From positions 3,118 through 67,117 of the forward strand of contig JAMNZB010000016.1 of the NCBI GenBank assembly GCA_023622515.1: a DNA stretch of 64,000 nt, read 5' to 3'. The DNA is from Bacillota bacterium (GTDB lineage Bacteria > Bacillota > Clostridia > Saccharofermentanales > DTU023). The notes beneath the pieces are model-generated. The model made no database searches, was not told the DNA's origin, and saw only the letters and a list, made by a program, of their open reading frames with translations. Both the position numbers and the translations under genes were made by a program. Shown here in pieces: positions 15,053 through 24,544 of this stretch. Within the stretch, counting starts at the first letter, position 1. Every line of letters starts with the position of its first letter.

Positions 15053-17287
15053 CTAATCTTCTTCCTCCGGATTAGTTGCCGATTCTTCATCATCTATTTT
15101 GCTCTGATAATACTCAAAAGGAGGTATTTCGTCTAGACTTCGCTTTTGTCCAAAAGCGGTTTTCGGTATATTGTATCCTTTATCTTGGTAAAGTTGTATA
15201 AAGAGATCAGCAAAGTGAGCATGAGCCACAAAGGGCTCTTCCTCCAAATGAGAGTCAAACAAGGTGTAGGTCAGGCAAATTTCCGGATTATCCCGTTCAT
15301 AACCAACAAACCAGGTATTGATTCTTGTCTCACCGGAGGCATCAAGACCTAACTCGGCCGTTCCTGATTTACCCGCCAAAGCAACTTCCTTACGCATCAT
15401 TTGTTCCGGATATTGTTCATCAACAACACGCTCCATCGCTTGAGATAAAACCGCTATCTCTTCTGCCGTGATAAGCGGCTCTTGCTTATCTCTTAAGGCA
15501 GGCTCTTCATCCAGGATAAGCTTTAACTCTTTTAAATAACCGCCATTAAGTAAGCTGGCGTAAATCTGTGCCAAATGTATTTGTGATAGAAGAAGCTCAC
15601 CCTGGCCGTAGGAAGAGTCTGCCAGCAAGATGCTTTCTTCTTCACCCAAATCTCCGTGATTGCTGATTTGTGACCGGGCAAAGGGGTAGTCCTGAGAAAT
15701 CGGCTGACCAACACCTAATTTTTTCATTCCCTCATTAAAAACTTCCACACCCATTTCGCAGGCCAAGCGGGCAAAGTAAATATTATCGGAATAAACAAGG
15801 GCTTCTTCTAAAGTAAAGCTGCGATCCAGTTCGCGATATCGGGTGACAAAGTAATTGCCCCAAGATTCATCCATTTGCCATTGTTTGCCCGTAATTTCAA
15901 CAGCGTCGTTGAGGATAGAGGGGTCATTCCTGAGAGCAATGATGGCCGTGAGCAATTTTTGTGTTGAGCCAGGAGTCGTAGCCCCTGAAAATTTAGCTGT
16001 CAAAGGGGCTTTCGGGTCATAAAGCAGCTGTTCATATTGCCGGGTTGACATACCTAATACAAAATCCATGGGATCATAAGAGGGGCTGGATAGCAAAAAG
16101 ATGATGTCCCCGGTCCTGGGATCCATTGCAGAAAAGGCGGCATTTTGGTCACGAATAATCTCGTAAAGGTCCCTTTGTCCTACAGCATCAATTGTTAAAT
16201 ACAGGTCGCTACCGTCAACAGCCGCCTGCTCTATCAGGCTCTTCTCGTAACTTCCCGATATATATATGCGAAAACCGTCTTCTCCACGCAGGAGTTCATC
16301 ATAAATCTGCTCCAAACCGGTTTTGCCGATTATATCGTCCCCGCTTAAATTTTTCTCGGGATATTTGACTATGTCATCTGCCGTTACCGTTCCGGCGTAA
16401 CCTATCAAAGGAGCCAAGGCATCACGAAAGGGGTAATAGCGAGAGTTTTTTTCTGCCCAATAGAGTTGGAGCGTACGAAAGGCCTTATAATCCACATTTT
16501 GTAAATCGGGTAGCAAACAAATAGGAACCAAACTGTCTTCACGGACCCATGTCTGATTGAGCTTTGCCTCGATAGTTCCTTCTGCCAGGTGCAAAAGCTC
16601 ATTGACTTGAGGAATTTCCTCTTCATCAAAAAACTGCGGTACAATACTTACTTCGGCTATTTTTTTGTTTATAGCAAGAGGCCAGCCGGCCCGATCGAAA
16701 ATCTCTCCACGTCTCGCCTTCAAAATCTCAACTTGGACTTGTCCCGTCTCTTCAAGTCCCGGTAAAATTAGGGAAGGATTCCAATCTAGTTGCCAGGCAT
16801 TTTCTGCCGGATGCCAAATAAAACTCAAAAGAGTATTACCGCTAATAGGCCCGTATTTACTTGTAAAATTCACATCTGCCGCATAAAAAATTTGCGTGCC
16901 CTTCTTGTTGTCATCCCGGATAGGAACAAGGTTTGTATACTCAATATCTGTTATTCCAAGGTCAGTGTGAATTTTTGCGTTGCGATCAACAATCTGCTCC
17001 CGGCCATAGCGCTCAAGAGCCAGAGGGTATATGTCCTTCAGGAGAGCTTTGCTGTCATCCCGCTCCAGGGCATCAACAACACGTAAAAGGGTCTCTGCAG
17101 GATCAGTAGGCTCCTCCCCTTTATTCTGTTTAGCCGAAGTCTCGGAAATAGGTCTTTCTTCCTTCAATACTTCTTGCGGAGTACAAGCAGCAAGGGCAAG
17201 ACAGAGAAGAAAGAAGAAAGATAGGATAAGTAAAAGTCCGTAACCCCCTTTAGATGATAAAGAAACCTTCTGAAACACAGCACACAC
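15053..17287 (-). CDS. Class B penicillin-binding protein with an N-terminal NTF2-like (MecA_N-type) domain; probable lipoprotein
   Basis: 744 aa with the lipobox LALAAC. Transpeptidase motifs: GSTQK (SxxK), YSDN (SxN), GKSGTAE (KSG). Confidence 0.85.
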   Translation of the reverse strand: MCAVFQKVSLSSKGGYGLLLILSFFFLLCLALAACTPQEVLKEERPISETSAKQNKGEEPTDPAETLLRVVDALERDDSKALLKDIYPLALERYGREQIVDRNAKIHTDLGITDIEYTNLVPIRDDNKKGTQIFYAADVNFTSKYGPISGNTLLSFIWHPAENAWQLDWNPSLILPGLEETGQVQVEILKARRGEIFDRAGWPLAINKKIAEVSIVPQFFDEEEIPQVNELLHLAEGTIEAKLNQTWVREDSLVPICLLPDLQNVDYKAFRTLQLYWAEKNSRYYPFRDALAPLIGYAGTVTADDIVKYPEKNLSGDDIIGKTGLEQIYDELLRGEDGFRIYISGSYEKSLIEQAAVDGSDLYLTIDAVGQRDLYEIIRDQNAAFSAMDPRTGDIIFLLSSPSYDPMDFVLGMSTRQYEQLLYDPKAPLTAKFSGATTPGSTQKLLTAIIALRNDPSILNDAVEITGKQWQMDESWGNYFVTRYRELDRSFTLEEALVYSDNIYFARLACEMGVEVFNEGMKKLGVGQPISQDYPFARSQISNHGDLGEEESILLADSSYGQGELLLSQIHLAQIYASLLNGGYLKELKLILDEEPALRDKQEPLITAEEIAVLSQAMERVVDEQYPEQMMRKEVALAGKSGTAELGLDASGETRINTWFVGYERDNPEICLTYTLFDSHLEEEPFVAHAHFADLFIQLYQDKGYNIPKTAFGQKRSLDEIPPFEYYQSKIDDEESATNPEEED

Positions 17288-17302
17288 TTCTTTCCGGAAA
17301 TA

Positions 17303-18376
17303 TTACCGGCAACCTTCAATAAGATGCTGCATCAAGTCTATTTGCCCCACTCCGCTTTCCTTGAGCAGGCGACCAAACATACTGATTGAAGTAAAGCCCG
17401 GCATTGTATTAATTTCATTGATTAAAAATTCTTGGTCCTTTTCTCTGAGAAAGAAGTCCACCCGGGAAAGGCCTCGACAATCCGCCATACAAAAGGCAAG
17501 TTTGGCAAGACGTCTGATTTCTGCTGTCTGCTCAGAAGTTAAACAGGCAGGAACTTGGAGCTTAGCCCGGCTATCTTGGGCGTACTTATCTTCATAATCA
17601 TAAAAGTCCTTGCCCGGTATAATTTCACCGGGAATGGAAACGACATACTCTCCATCTGCCTTTTCCAGTACAGCAACCTCCAATTCTCGTCCCTTGACAG
17701 CTTGTTCGATTAAAATTTTATCGTCGATAGCAAAGGCAAGGTCCAGAGCTGCCGCCAACTCATCCTCCGCTTTCACCTGAGAAATGCCCACGGAAGAACC
17801 TGTGCAAGCCGGCTTCACAAATATGGGAAAGGGCATGTTTTTTTCGGCCATCATATCAGGAACAATATTGGGGTTGCTCAGGTACTCTTTTTTATGAAAG
17901 AAAAACCATGGGGTCTGCCTGATTCCTGCATAGTCAAAAATCATATTCGCTACTGTTTTATCCATCATCGTGGCGGCGGAAAGCTGTTGACAGCCAACAT
18001 AGGGCACACCGATTGTGTCTAAAAAGCCCTGGAGAGGGCCCCCTTCTCCATCTGCCCCGTGCAAAACCGGAAAAAATACATCCACTGAAACAGGCTCAAG
18101 CCGGCCCTCGCTGTTAGGGGTCAAAAAGCCCCTTATGTCACCGGGCTTAAAAAAGACTTCACGAAGCATAGCCGGGTTATCTTGCCAGGCATCTTTCAAT
18201 ATATCCTTCTCCTCACCTAAGTATTGATAAAATTTACCCTCTTGGCTAATCCCTATAGTGATAATCTGATAGTCATCCAAATCCCTACAAGTTGTGATTA
18301 TGCTAGAAGCAGAAATTAAAGAAATAGGATATTCCGCAGATTTTCCGCCAAACAAAATACAAAGTGTCTTTTTCAA
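17303..18376 (-). CDS. ddl: D-alanine--D-alanine ligase
   Basis: 357 aa. TTG start 6 nt after AGGAGG. Motifs: FGGKSAEYPISL, LHGADGEGGPLQG, omega-loop FYDYEDKY, NEINTMPGFT. Confidence 0.9.
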   Translation of the reverse strand: MKKTLCILFGGKSAEYPISLISASSIITTCRDLDDYQIITIGISQEGKFYQYLGEEKDILKDAWQDNPAMLREVFFKPGDIRGFLTPNSEGRLEPVSVDVFFPVLHGADGEGGPLQGFLDTIGVPYVGCQQLSAATMMDKTVANMIFDYAGIRQTPWFFFHKKEYLSNPNIVPDMMAEKNMPFPIFVKPACTGSSVGISQVKAEDELAAALDLAFAIDDKILIEQAVKGRELEVAVLEKADGEYVVSIPGEIIPGKDFYDYEDKYAQDSRAKLQVPACLTSEQTAEIRRLAKLAFCMADCRGLSRVDFFLREKDQEFLINEINTMPGFTSISMFGRLLKESGVGQIDLMQHLIEGCR

Positions 18377-18474
18377 AATAATCCTCCTGAAAACTTAAAA
18401 AAATAGCTATGCTTTCCTCAACTTAAAATATCTGTATCAAGCATGAAAGATCTGATAAAGAGGTAAGTAAAAAG

Positions 18475-19119
18475 CTACATCTGACTTTTATTTTTTCTCA
18501 CATAAACAAGCATTTCTGTAAGTTGATCTTCCAACTCTTGAAGCAAGTGATTCGCATACTGCATAGCTTCTTCGTGAATTTGCCGGCTTTGCATTCCTGC
18601 TTCTTCTAAAAGATTGCGTGCTTCTTCTTGTGCTGCCTGGGTTATCTCATGCTCATCAATCATCTTGGCAATTTCTTGTTCCGCTTCCCGCATAATCTTT
18701 TCCGCTTCCTTACGTGTCTCCGCAATGAGATTGTGGTTTTGCTCTAAAAGCCATTGGGCACGACGTAAATCATCAGGCAGACTTTTTTTAGCATTATCAA
18801 GTAAAATTAGCAACTCCATGCGGTCTACAATACATTGCTCGGACAGAGGAAATTTTTTTGCCGTTTTGATTTTTTCCTCCAAGCGCTCTAAGAAAAAGAG
18901 GCTATCTTTCTCCTGCTTTGGACCGGGCTGAGTATCCCGTAACGAAGCGGCTGCTCTCATCTGTGCATGAGGTTTTTGCCTTTCCCTGGCTTCTTGCCTA
19001 CGTGAATCGCTTCGCTTGCCGAGACCTTCACCTAAAGAACCCGTTGAAAAAACAGTCTCATTGCCCCCTTGTCTTTCTTCGCGTAATCCACCTCGCTCCT
19101 GCGATGTTGCTTGTTTCAT
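18475..19119 (-). CDS. Hypothetical coiled-coil protein (V-ATPase subunit H/E-like helical region)
   Basis: ORF 18475..19203 trimmed to the ATG at 19119, which has an AGGAGGG RBS 5 nt upstream and lies just after the coaD stop. 214 aa. The N-terminal half is Arg/Gln/Gly-rich and the C-terminal half is a long Glu/Ala/Gln-rich helix. Confidence 0.55.
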   Translation of the reverse strand: MKQATSQERGGLREERQGGNETVFSTGSLGEGLGKRSDSRRQEARERQKPHAQMRAAASLRDTQPGPKQEKDSLFFLERLEEKIKTAKKFPLSEQCIVDRMELLILLDNAKKSLPDDLRRAQWLLEQNHNLIAETRKEAEKIMREAEQEIAKMIDEHEITQAAQEEARNLLEEAGMQSRQIHEEAMQYANHLLQELEDQLTEMLVYVRKNKSQM

Positions 19120-19139
19120 ACTTATCCCTCCTCGAGTGT

Positions 19140-19670
19140 TTAGGTTTTGGCTCGTTTGGCAAAAGCTTCCCGGATTAAAGGAAAACTTTCTTTTGGTACC
19201 CATTGCTCATAACTTTCTCCTAAACTTGCCAATTCACGCACAATACTTGAGCTGATATGGGCAAGTTCCGGTTTCGTCTGCAAGAAAATTGTTTCAACAC
19301 GTGAACACAAGCGGCGATTCACTTCCGCCATCTGAACCTCATAGATGTAATCATCCGTCGACCGGAGACCGCGTACAACGGCATCTGCCTCAACTTCTTT
19401 AAATAAATTAACTAAAAGCCCATCGAAAGAGACAACACGTACCTTCTCAGCAAGGCCTGCGCCGCAGACAGCCGCCTCTATCATTTCTTTGCGCTCTGCT
19501 TTGGAAAAGACGGCCCTTTTGTCATGCGAAGTGAAAACACCCACAATCAACTCATCACACAAGTCCGCTGCACGCTTTATCAAAGCGAGGTGACCTATCG
19601 TAGGCGGATCAAAGCTTCCTGAAAATAACAAACGAAACAAGTCTCTTCCTCTCATCTTCATGATTTCCAT
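19140..19670 (-). CDS. coaD: Phosphopantetheine adenylyltransferase
   Basis: 176 aa. Motifs: FSGSFDPPTIGH (nucleotidyltransferase HxGH) and ISSSIVRE. The exact start among three nearby ATGs is uncertain. Confidence 0.9.
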   Translation of the reverse strand: MEIMKMRGRDLFRLLFSGSFDPPTIGHLALIKRAADLCDELIVGVFTSHDKRAVFSKAERKEMIEAAVCGAGLAEKVRVVSFDGLLVNLFKEVEADAVVRGLRSTDDYIYEVQMAEVNRRLCSRVETIFLQTKPELAHISSSIVRELASLGESYEQWVPKESFPLIREAFAKRAKT

Positions 19671-19679
19671 CTTACAAGT

Positions 19680-20170
19680 TCACTCTTGCAATTTTGATAT
19701 ATTGTAAAATAATAGCATTGCCCGGCCATAGTGACAAGTCTTATACAAGTCATAGGATAGCCACTCAGCCAGTTTTGCCTGTTTCTCATCCAACTCCAAA
19801 ATAATACAAGAATCTTTTTTCATCAGCTTTTTTAGGAGAGGATTTAGCTTTTTAAGCAAAATTTCCGCCCTATCCCACGGCGGGTCCAGATAGATAAAAT
19901 CAAAAGTCCGCTTTTCAGCGCACATTTCTTCCAGGACCGCCAGGGCGTCCCGGTTGTATAGGGTCGCTTTATCTTGAAAAGAGCACTTTTGAATATTTTC
20001 TTGCAGAATACGAAAACAGGCCTTGTTTTTTTCTACCGCAGACAGACTTTTAGCCCCGCGACTTTGAAAACAAGGCTTCTTTTAACTTACCGCTGCTGGG
20101 CCTGGTGTTCACCCCTTTTAAACTCTTAAGCTGCAAACCTTTCGCCTGCCCTGCTACTACCCTCAACATG
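19680..20170 (-). pseudogene. rsmD: 16S rRNA (guanine966-N2)-methyltransferase RsmD, internally deleted and frameshifted
   Basis: My own translation from the ATG at 20170 gives MLRVVAGQAKGLQLKSLKGVNTRPSSGKLKEALFSK, an RsmD N-terminus. At about 20060 homology jumps to another frame: SRGAKSLSAVEKNKACFRILQENI...FDFIYLDPPW. The ~25 aa SAM-binding motif I (VLDLFAGSGxLGIEA) is absent. The span is 491 nt, not a multiple of 3. Only the 81-aa C-terminal ORF is in the track. Confidence 0.8.
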
Positions 20171-20367
20171 ACCAACCCTCCCAGGATTTGATGCCTATCT
20201 ATTTTAGAGTTTGTTGAAGCCAGAGTCTACCGCTAGATTTTTTTGCTAATCTCTTTTTTTGTTTAGTCAACGACTCATTGTTTGTCACTGTAGCTGATAA
20301 AATATTGAAGATAGGGATTTTCTTTGAAGATTCAATCCTTTCTCTGGCCGATAGACTAAGCTGCGGT

Positions 20368-20410
20368 CTTTATAAAACCCGGCGTGATTTTTAAGCTGTC
20401 ACGCCGGGTT
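20368..20410 (-). terminator. Rho-independent terminator after the 146-aa gene
   Basis: A 12-bp perfect stem, aacccggcgtga (20376-20387) with tcacgccgggtt (20399-20410). On the minus strand it is followed by TTTTATAAA. Confidence 0.75.
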
Positions 20411-20473
20411 TATACTTGATCTGTTTACCTCTGAATCACTATGAGTATCGGCAACTAGCCAACCTTACATTTC

Positions 20474-20914
20474 TTATACGATGGCCTTGAGGGCTTCCAA
20501 GGTTCTATCCAGATTGTCGGCGTGCCAGTTTTTGCTTCCCGGCTCTGTACCGATGGAAATCAGACCGCTAAAACGAAAGCCGCTGAGCTCCTTTTGCTGA
20601 GTGGAAAGAACAAGCGTATCTTCCTTATTTTCAATAGTAATCTTGTAATTCATTAAATAATTCTCTACGGACACGTTGAGAACATCCTCAAATTTGAGGG
20701 ACCGATAAACTTCAGCTTTAACTCCGGTCCCCCATTTACTCATCTCAAAGAGAAGGATTTCTCCCTCACAAACTTGCAAGACATAATAATCTGACAAGAC
20801 AAAATCAATAACCTGTTGACTGAGGTTTTCACTGAACTTTTTCACTAGGATGGTTTGTCCTTCAATGGCTTGATAACCCATGTCCTTAATCTGATCAAAA
20901 ATACTTTTTCCCAT
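20474..20914 (-). CDS. Hypothetical protein (possibly PH-domain-like)
   Basis: 146 aa with no catalytic motif recognised. It has its own terminator and is inserted between recG and rsmD. Confidence 0.5.
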   Translation of the reverse strand: MGKSIFDQIKDMGYQAIEGQTILVKKFSENLSQQVIDFVLSDYYVLQVCEGEILLFEMSKWGTGVKAEVYRSLKFEDVLNVSVENYLMNYKITIENKEDTLVLSTQQKELSGFRFSGLISIGTEPGSKNWHADNLDRTLEALKAIV

Positions 20915-21172
20915 TTGCCTTAATCTTCCTAACTTTAATATTTAGACCATAAAATGATCACTGCTTTTACTATATAAAGATTTCAGCAAAACAAACCCAT
21001 TTAGTTGTTAAAATTTTGTAAATTCAAGCGAATGAGTTCAATTATTTTTAAAACAGCCCAAAGTTAATCCGGCTAAAACTCCGGCTGCGGTATTCTTTCT
21101 ACCTGTAATACCTTGCTTATTTTAAATCTTTAATTACGGCTTCCGGGAACCTATTTAGCCCGACACGGCGGT

Positions 21173-23293
21173 TCATATGGTTAAACCCTGCTCCAAGTCC
21201 GGGTAGCGCTCGAAAATAGCCCTTTGTATTTTTTTCTTTGCCTCAGGGAGGACTTCATGCGGGAGTGCTTTAATGCTATTAAGGGCTTCTTGAACATTGC
21301 GTATGATTTCTTGATCTTCATAGAGGTTGAGCAAGTGAAAGGCCGGAATCCCACTTTGTCTTGTTCCTAAAAAATCTCCCGGACCACGCAGGCGCAAATC
21401 CTCTTCTGCTAATTGAAAACCGTCAGAAAAACGGACCAGGGTTTCCAGACGGTCTCTAGCCAATTCACCCTCATGATCACTTTGCAAGTAACAATAGGCT
21501 TGACGCGTACCCCGTCCCACCCGACCGCGCAGTTGATGGAGCTGGGCTAAACCAAAACGCTCAGCATTCAAAACCAGCATAAGGCTCGCATTCGGATTGT
21601 CTACCCCAACTTCAATGACCGTAGTGCTAACAAGAATATCTATTTCCCCTTTGATGAATTCATGCATCAGGCTTTCTTTTTGCTCTTGTTTCATCCGCCC
21701 ATGCATTAAGGCAATGTTTCTTTCCGGAAATACTGCTAAGCGAAGATGGTCATAGGTCTCCTCCGCCGACTTCAAGGATAGAGAATCAGATTCTTCAATG
21801 GCCGGGCAAACAACATATATTTGGGCGCCTGCCCTTATTTCCTCAGCCATTTTTTGGTAAACTTTCCCTAATTCCCGTTCTTTGACGATCTTTGTAATGA
21901 CCTCTTGTCTGCCTGATGGCATATCTTGCATGAGGCTGATGTCCAGATCATTGAAAAAGATCATGGCTAAGCTCCTGGGTATTGGTGTTGCTGACATGTG
22001 GAGGCGATGTGGTTCATAGGACTTTACTGATTGTTCAAAGCCTAGTTTGGCTCTTTGCCTGACGCCAAAGCGGTGCTGCTCATCCGTAATCGTCAAAAGT
22101 AAATTAGCAAATTGTATGTCGTCTTGGAGTAAGGCGTGAGTTCCTAGCAGTACTTTTGTTTCCCCACTTGCACAGCGTGCTAAAATAGCCGCCCTTTCAC
22201 TCGATTTCGTAGCCCCTAAAAGCAAATCAACCCCTATATTTAAATCAGAAAAATGTGAGGTCAGCGTCTTCATATGCTGCTCAGCCAAAACAGAAGTGGG
22301 TACCATAAATAAAGACTGACCACCTAACAAGCCTACATAAGCCATGGCAAAAATGGCTACCATTGTTTTTCCGGAACCGACATCCCCCTGCAAAAGACGA
22401 TTCATCGGCTTCTCCCTTCTCAACTCGCGGAAAACATCATTGATGGCAAGAACTTGTGAGTTTGTCAGCGAAAAGGGTAGCGAGGCCCGAAGATTGTTTA
22501 TCTTGTCGGCAACTTGCTTGTTGCTTACTAAGGCTTTCGCCTTCTTTCCGGAGATGTTCCGGCTATGGTCAAGTTCCAGTGCCGCCCTCATCAGGAATAA
22601 TTCGTCAAAGGCCAAACGATATCTGGCAAGCCGAAGTTCATGGGCATTTTTTGCCTGATGAATATTTTTCAGGGAAAAATCCAGAGTAGCAAGAGAAAAT
22701 CTTTCCCGAATGAAGTCAGGCAAGGCATCGGTCAACTTACTGTGTAAGCCCGAATGAATGATTGTCTCAAGCCCCTGACGAATAACTTTTTGATTTAATC
22801 CCTTGATAAGCGGATAGTTAGCAAGCATGCCTATCCGGCCTGCCTCTTCCGGTTTTTTGTATGCAGGGTTCACGATACTTCGCCTGGCCCCTTTTACCTC
22901 AACTCTCCCGTGAAAAACAAAAGAATCTCCAAGCTCCAGCTGTTCCATCAGCCAGGCTTGATTAAAAATGGTGACCTCTAGCGTGTAATTGTGATCAACT
23001 AAGCGGAAACGAATCCAGGAAAGCTTGCCTTTGCGATTTATGACGGGACGGTTCGCTATGGTGGCCTGAAAAGTATAAATCCCGGTTTCTCTAATTTGGG
23101 AAATCGGAGTCAAAACTGACCAGTCTTCATAGTTTCGCGGGAAATAATAGAGGAGGTCTACTTGATTGTGCACACCCAGCTCAGCAAACAGCCGCTCCCG
23201 CCTGTCTGAAATTCCCGGTAAGGCCCGAAGCGGGTACTTTCTTTTCAAGTAGGCTTGAAGTTTTTTACTTTCATGTGACTCAATAGCATTCAT
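21173..23293 (-). CDS. recG: ATP-dependent DNA helicase RecG
   Basis: 706 aa. Helicase motifs: GDVGSGKT, TDEQHRFG, TTVIEVGVDNPNAS, QLRGRVGRG. The N-terminal wedge-domain length is consistent. Confidence 0.95.
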   Translation of the reverse strand: MNAIESHESKKLQAYLKRKYPLRALPGISDRRERLFAELGVHNQVDLLYYFPRNYEDWSVLTPISQIRETGIYTFQATIANRPVINRKGKLSWIRFRLVDHNYTLEVTIFNQAWLMEQLELGDSFVFHGRVEVKGARRSIVNPAYKKPEEAGRIGMLANYPLIKGLNQKVIRQGLETIIHSGLHSKLTDALPDFIRERFSLATLDFSLKNIHQAKNAHELRLARYRLAFDELFLMRAALELDHSRNISGKKAKALVSNKQVADKINNLRASLPFSLTNSQVLAINDVFRELRREKPMNRLLQGDVGSGKTMVAIFAMAYVGLLGGQSLFMVPTSVLAEQHMKTLTSHFSDLNIGVDLLLGATKSSERAAILARCASGETKVLLGTHALLQDDIQFANLLLTITDEQHRFGVRQRAKLGFEQSVKSYEPHRLHMSATPIPRSLAMIFFNDLDISLMQDMPSGRQEVITKIVKERELGKVYQKMAEEIRAGAQIYVVCPAIEESDSLSLKSAEETYDHLRLAVFPERNIALMHGRMKQEQKESLMHEFIKGEIDILVSTTVIEVGVDNPNASLMLVLNAERFGLAQLHQLRGRVGRGTRQAYCYLQSDHEGELARDRLETLVRFSDGFQLAEEDLRLRGPGDFLGTRQSGIPAFHLLNLYEDQEIIRNVQEALNSIKALPHEVLPEAKKKIQRAIFERYPDLEQGLTI

Positions 23294-23981
23294 CGCGAAT
23301 ACCTAATGCCAAATCATTCTCAATCTTGTCTCTCCGCTTTCCTGCATAAGCACAGTCAGCTAAAACAGGGCATAAAGCACATTGCCTGCACCTGGCCTTA
23401 CACACCCTCCTACCCAAATCCACCATGTGGTGACCGTAAACAATCCAATATTCACTTGGCAAGATTTTTTCTAAATCAGCTTCTATCTTTAAAGGGTCTT
23501 TCGCTGATGTAAATCCCAGCAGCTGAGAAATTCTCCCGCAGTGGGTGTCAACAACGATTTGGGGCAGCTGAAAAAGCTCTCCCAGGAGGAGATTGGCAAT
23601 TTTCTGTCCAACCCCCGGCAGTTTTAGGAGTTCTTCCCGGGAATTGGGTACACGACCTGCGAAGTTTTCAAGTAAGAGTTCTGCCGAACCCTTAATGGCT
23701 TTCGCTTTATTGCGGTATAAGCCACAGGAGCGGATGGCCTCTTCGACTTCAATGAGTTCGGCCTTAGCATAGTCCTCCAAGTTCGCCCATTTGTTGAACA
23801 TCTCGCCTGTGATAATATTTACACGCTCATCGGTACACTGGGCTGAAAGAATCCCGGCAAATAAAAGTTGCCAATCAGATTCATAATCCAAAGTGCAACG
23901 TGCATCTTCTTGCTCTTTAATCAAAGTTTCAATAACCCGAATACTTCTGGCTTTTTTATCCGCCAATTTCTCCTTTGCCAC
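23280..23981 (-). CDS. nth: Endonuclease III
   Basis: 233 aa. HhH-GPD motif (LPGVGQKIANLLL) and a C-terminal C-x6-C-x2-C-x5-C cluster (CKARCRQCALCPVLADC). Confidence 0.9.
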   Translation of the reverse strand: MAKEKLADKKARSIRVIETLIKEQEDARCTLDYESDWQLLFAGILSAQCTDERVNIITGEMFNKWANLEDYAKAELIEVEEAIRSCGLYRNKAKAIKGSAELLLENFAGRVPNSREELLKLPGVGQKIANLLLGELFQLPQIVVDTHCGRISQLLGFTSAKDPLKIEADLEKILPSEYWIVYGHHMVDLGRRVCKARCRQCALCPVLADCAYAGKRRDKIENDLALGIRDECY

Positions 23982-24450
23982 TATCCGCTCCTAGTCCTCT
24001 TTTTTTTTGCAGCTTCTTTAGTTCACGTAAAAAACTGTCGATATCATCAAAGTCACGGTAAACAGACGCAAAGCGAACATAGGCTACATCGTCTATTTTT
24101 CGTAATTCAGCCAGCACCATTTCGCCAATTTGTTCTGAACTGATTTCCTTTTTCAAGCTGCTGAAAGCTTCATTTTCAATATGATCAACAATGGCTTCAA
24201 TACTGCTTGTTGATATTGGTCGCTTGACACAACTTTTCATGATACTTTGAATCAGTTTCTCACGGTCAAATGCTTGTCTGCTGCCATCACGCTTAATAAC
24301 AACCAGAGGCATTTCTTCTATTTTTTCATAGGTGGTGTAGCGCCGTTTACAGGTCAAACATTCTCTCCGCCTTCTGATTGCCATATCATCTTCAGTAGGC
24401 CTCGTATCTGTAACCCTGTCTTTTTGACTTCCACAAAAGGGACATTTCAT
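23956..24450 (-). CDS. nrdR: Transcriptional repressor NrdR
   Basis: 164 aa. Motifs: MKCPFCG...CLTC zinc ribbon, TTYE, and an ATP-cone region. Confidence 0.95.
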   Translation of the reverse strand: MKCPFCGSQKDRVTDTRPTEDDMAIRRRRECLTCKRRYTTYEKIEEMPLVVIKRDGSRQAFDREKLIQSIMKSCVKRPISTSSIEAIVDHIENEAFSSLKKEISSEQIGEMVLAELRKIDDVAYVRFASVYRDFDDIDSFLRELKKLQKKRGLGADSGKGEIGG

Positions 24451-24473
24451 TGATTACACCCTACTTTCTCTAT

Positions 24474-24507
24474 AAAAAAGCCAGGATATTAGACAGCTAA
24501 TCCTGGC
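24474..24507 (-). terminator. Rho-independent terminator after ftsZ
   Basis: Stem gccaggat (24480-24487) with atcctggc (24500-24507). On the minus strand it is followed by TTTTTT. Only ~27 nt separate it from the nrdR ATG. Confidence 0.7.
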
Positions 24508-24544
24508 TTTTACACATTACTTTTCCATTTTGTTCAGTAATTAA

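Noticed and set aside
17303-18376. Ddl as a Van-type D-Ala-D-Lac/D-Ser ligase, given its PBP neighbour
   Set aside because: The omega-loop reads FYDYEDKY with the Tyr typical of D-Ala-D-Ala ligases. No vanH, vanX, vanR or vanS-like genes are nearby.
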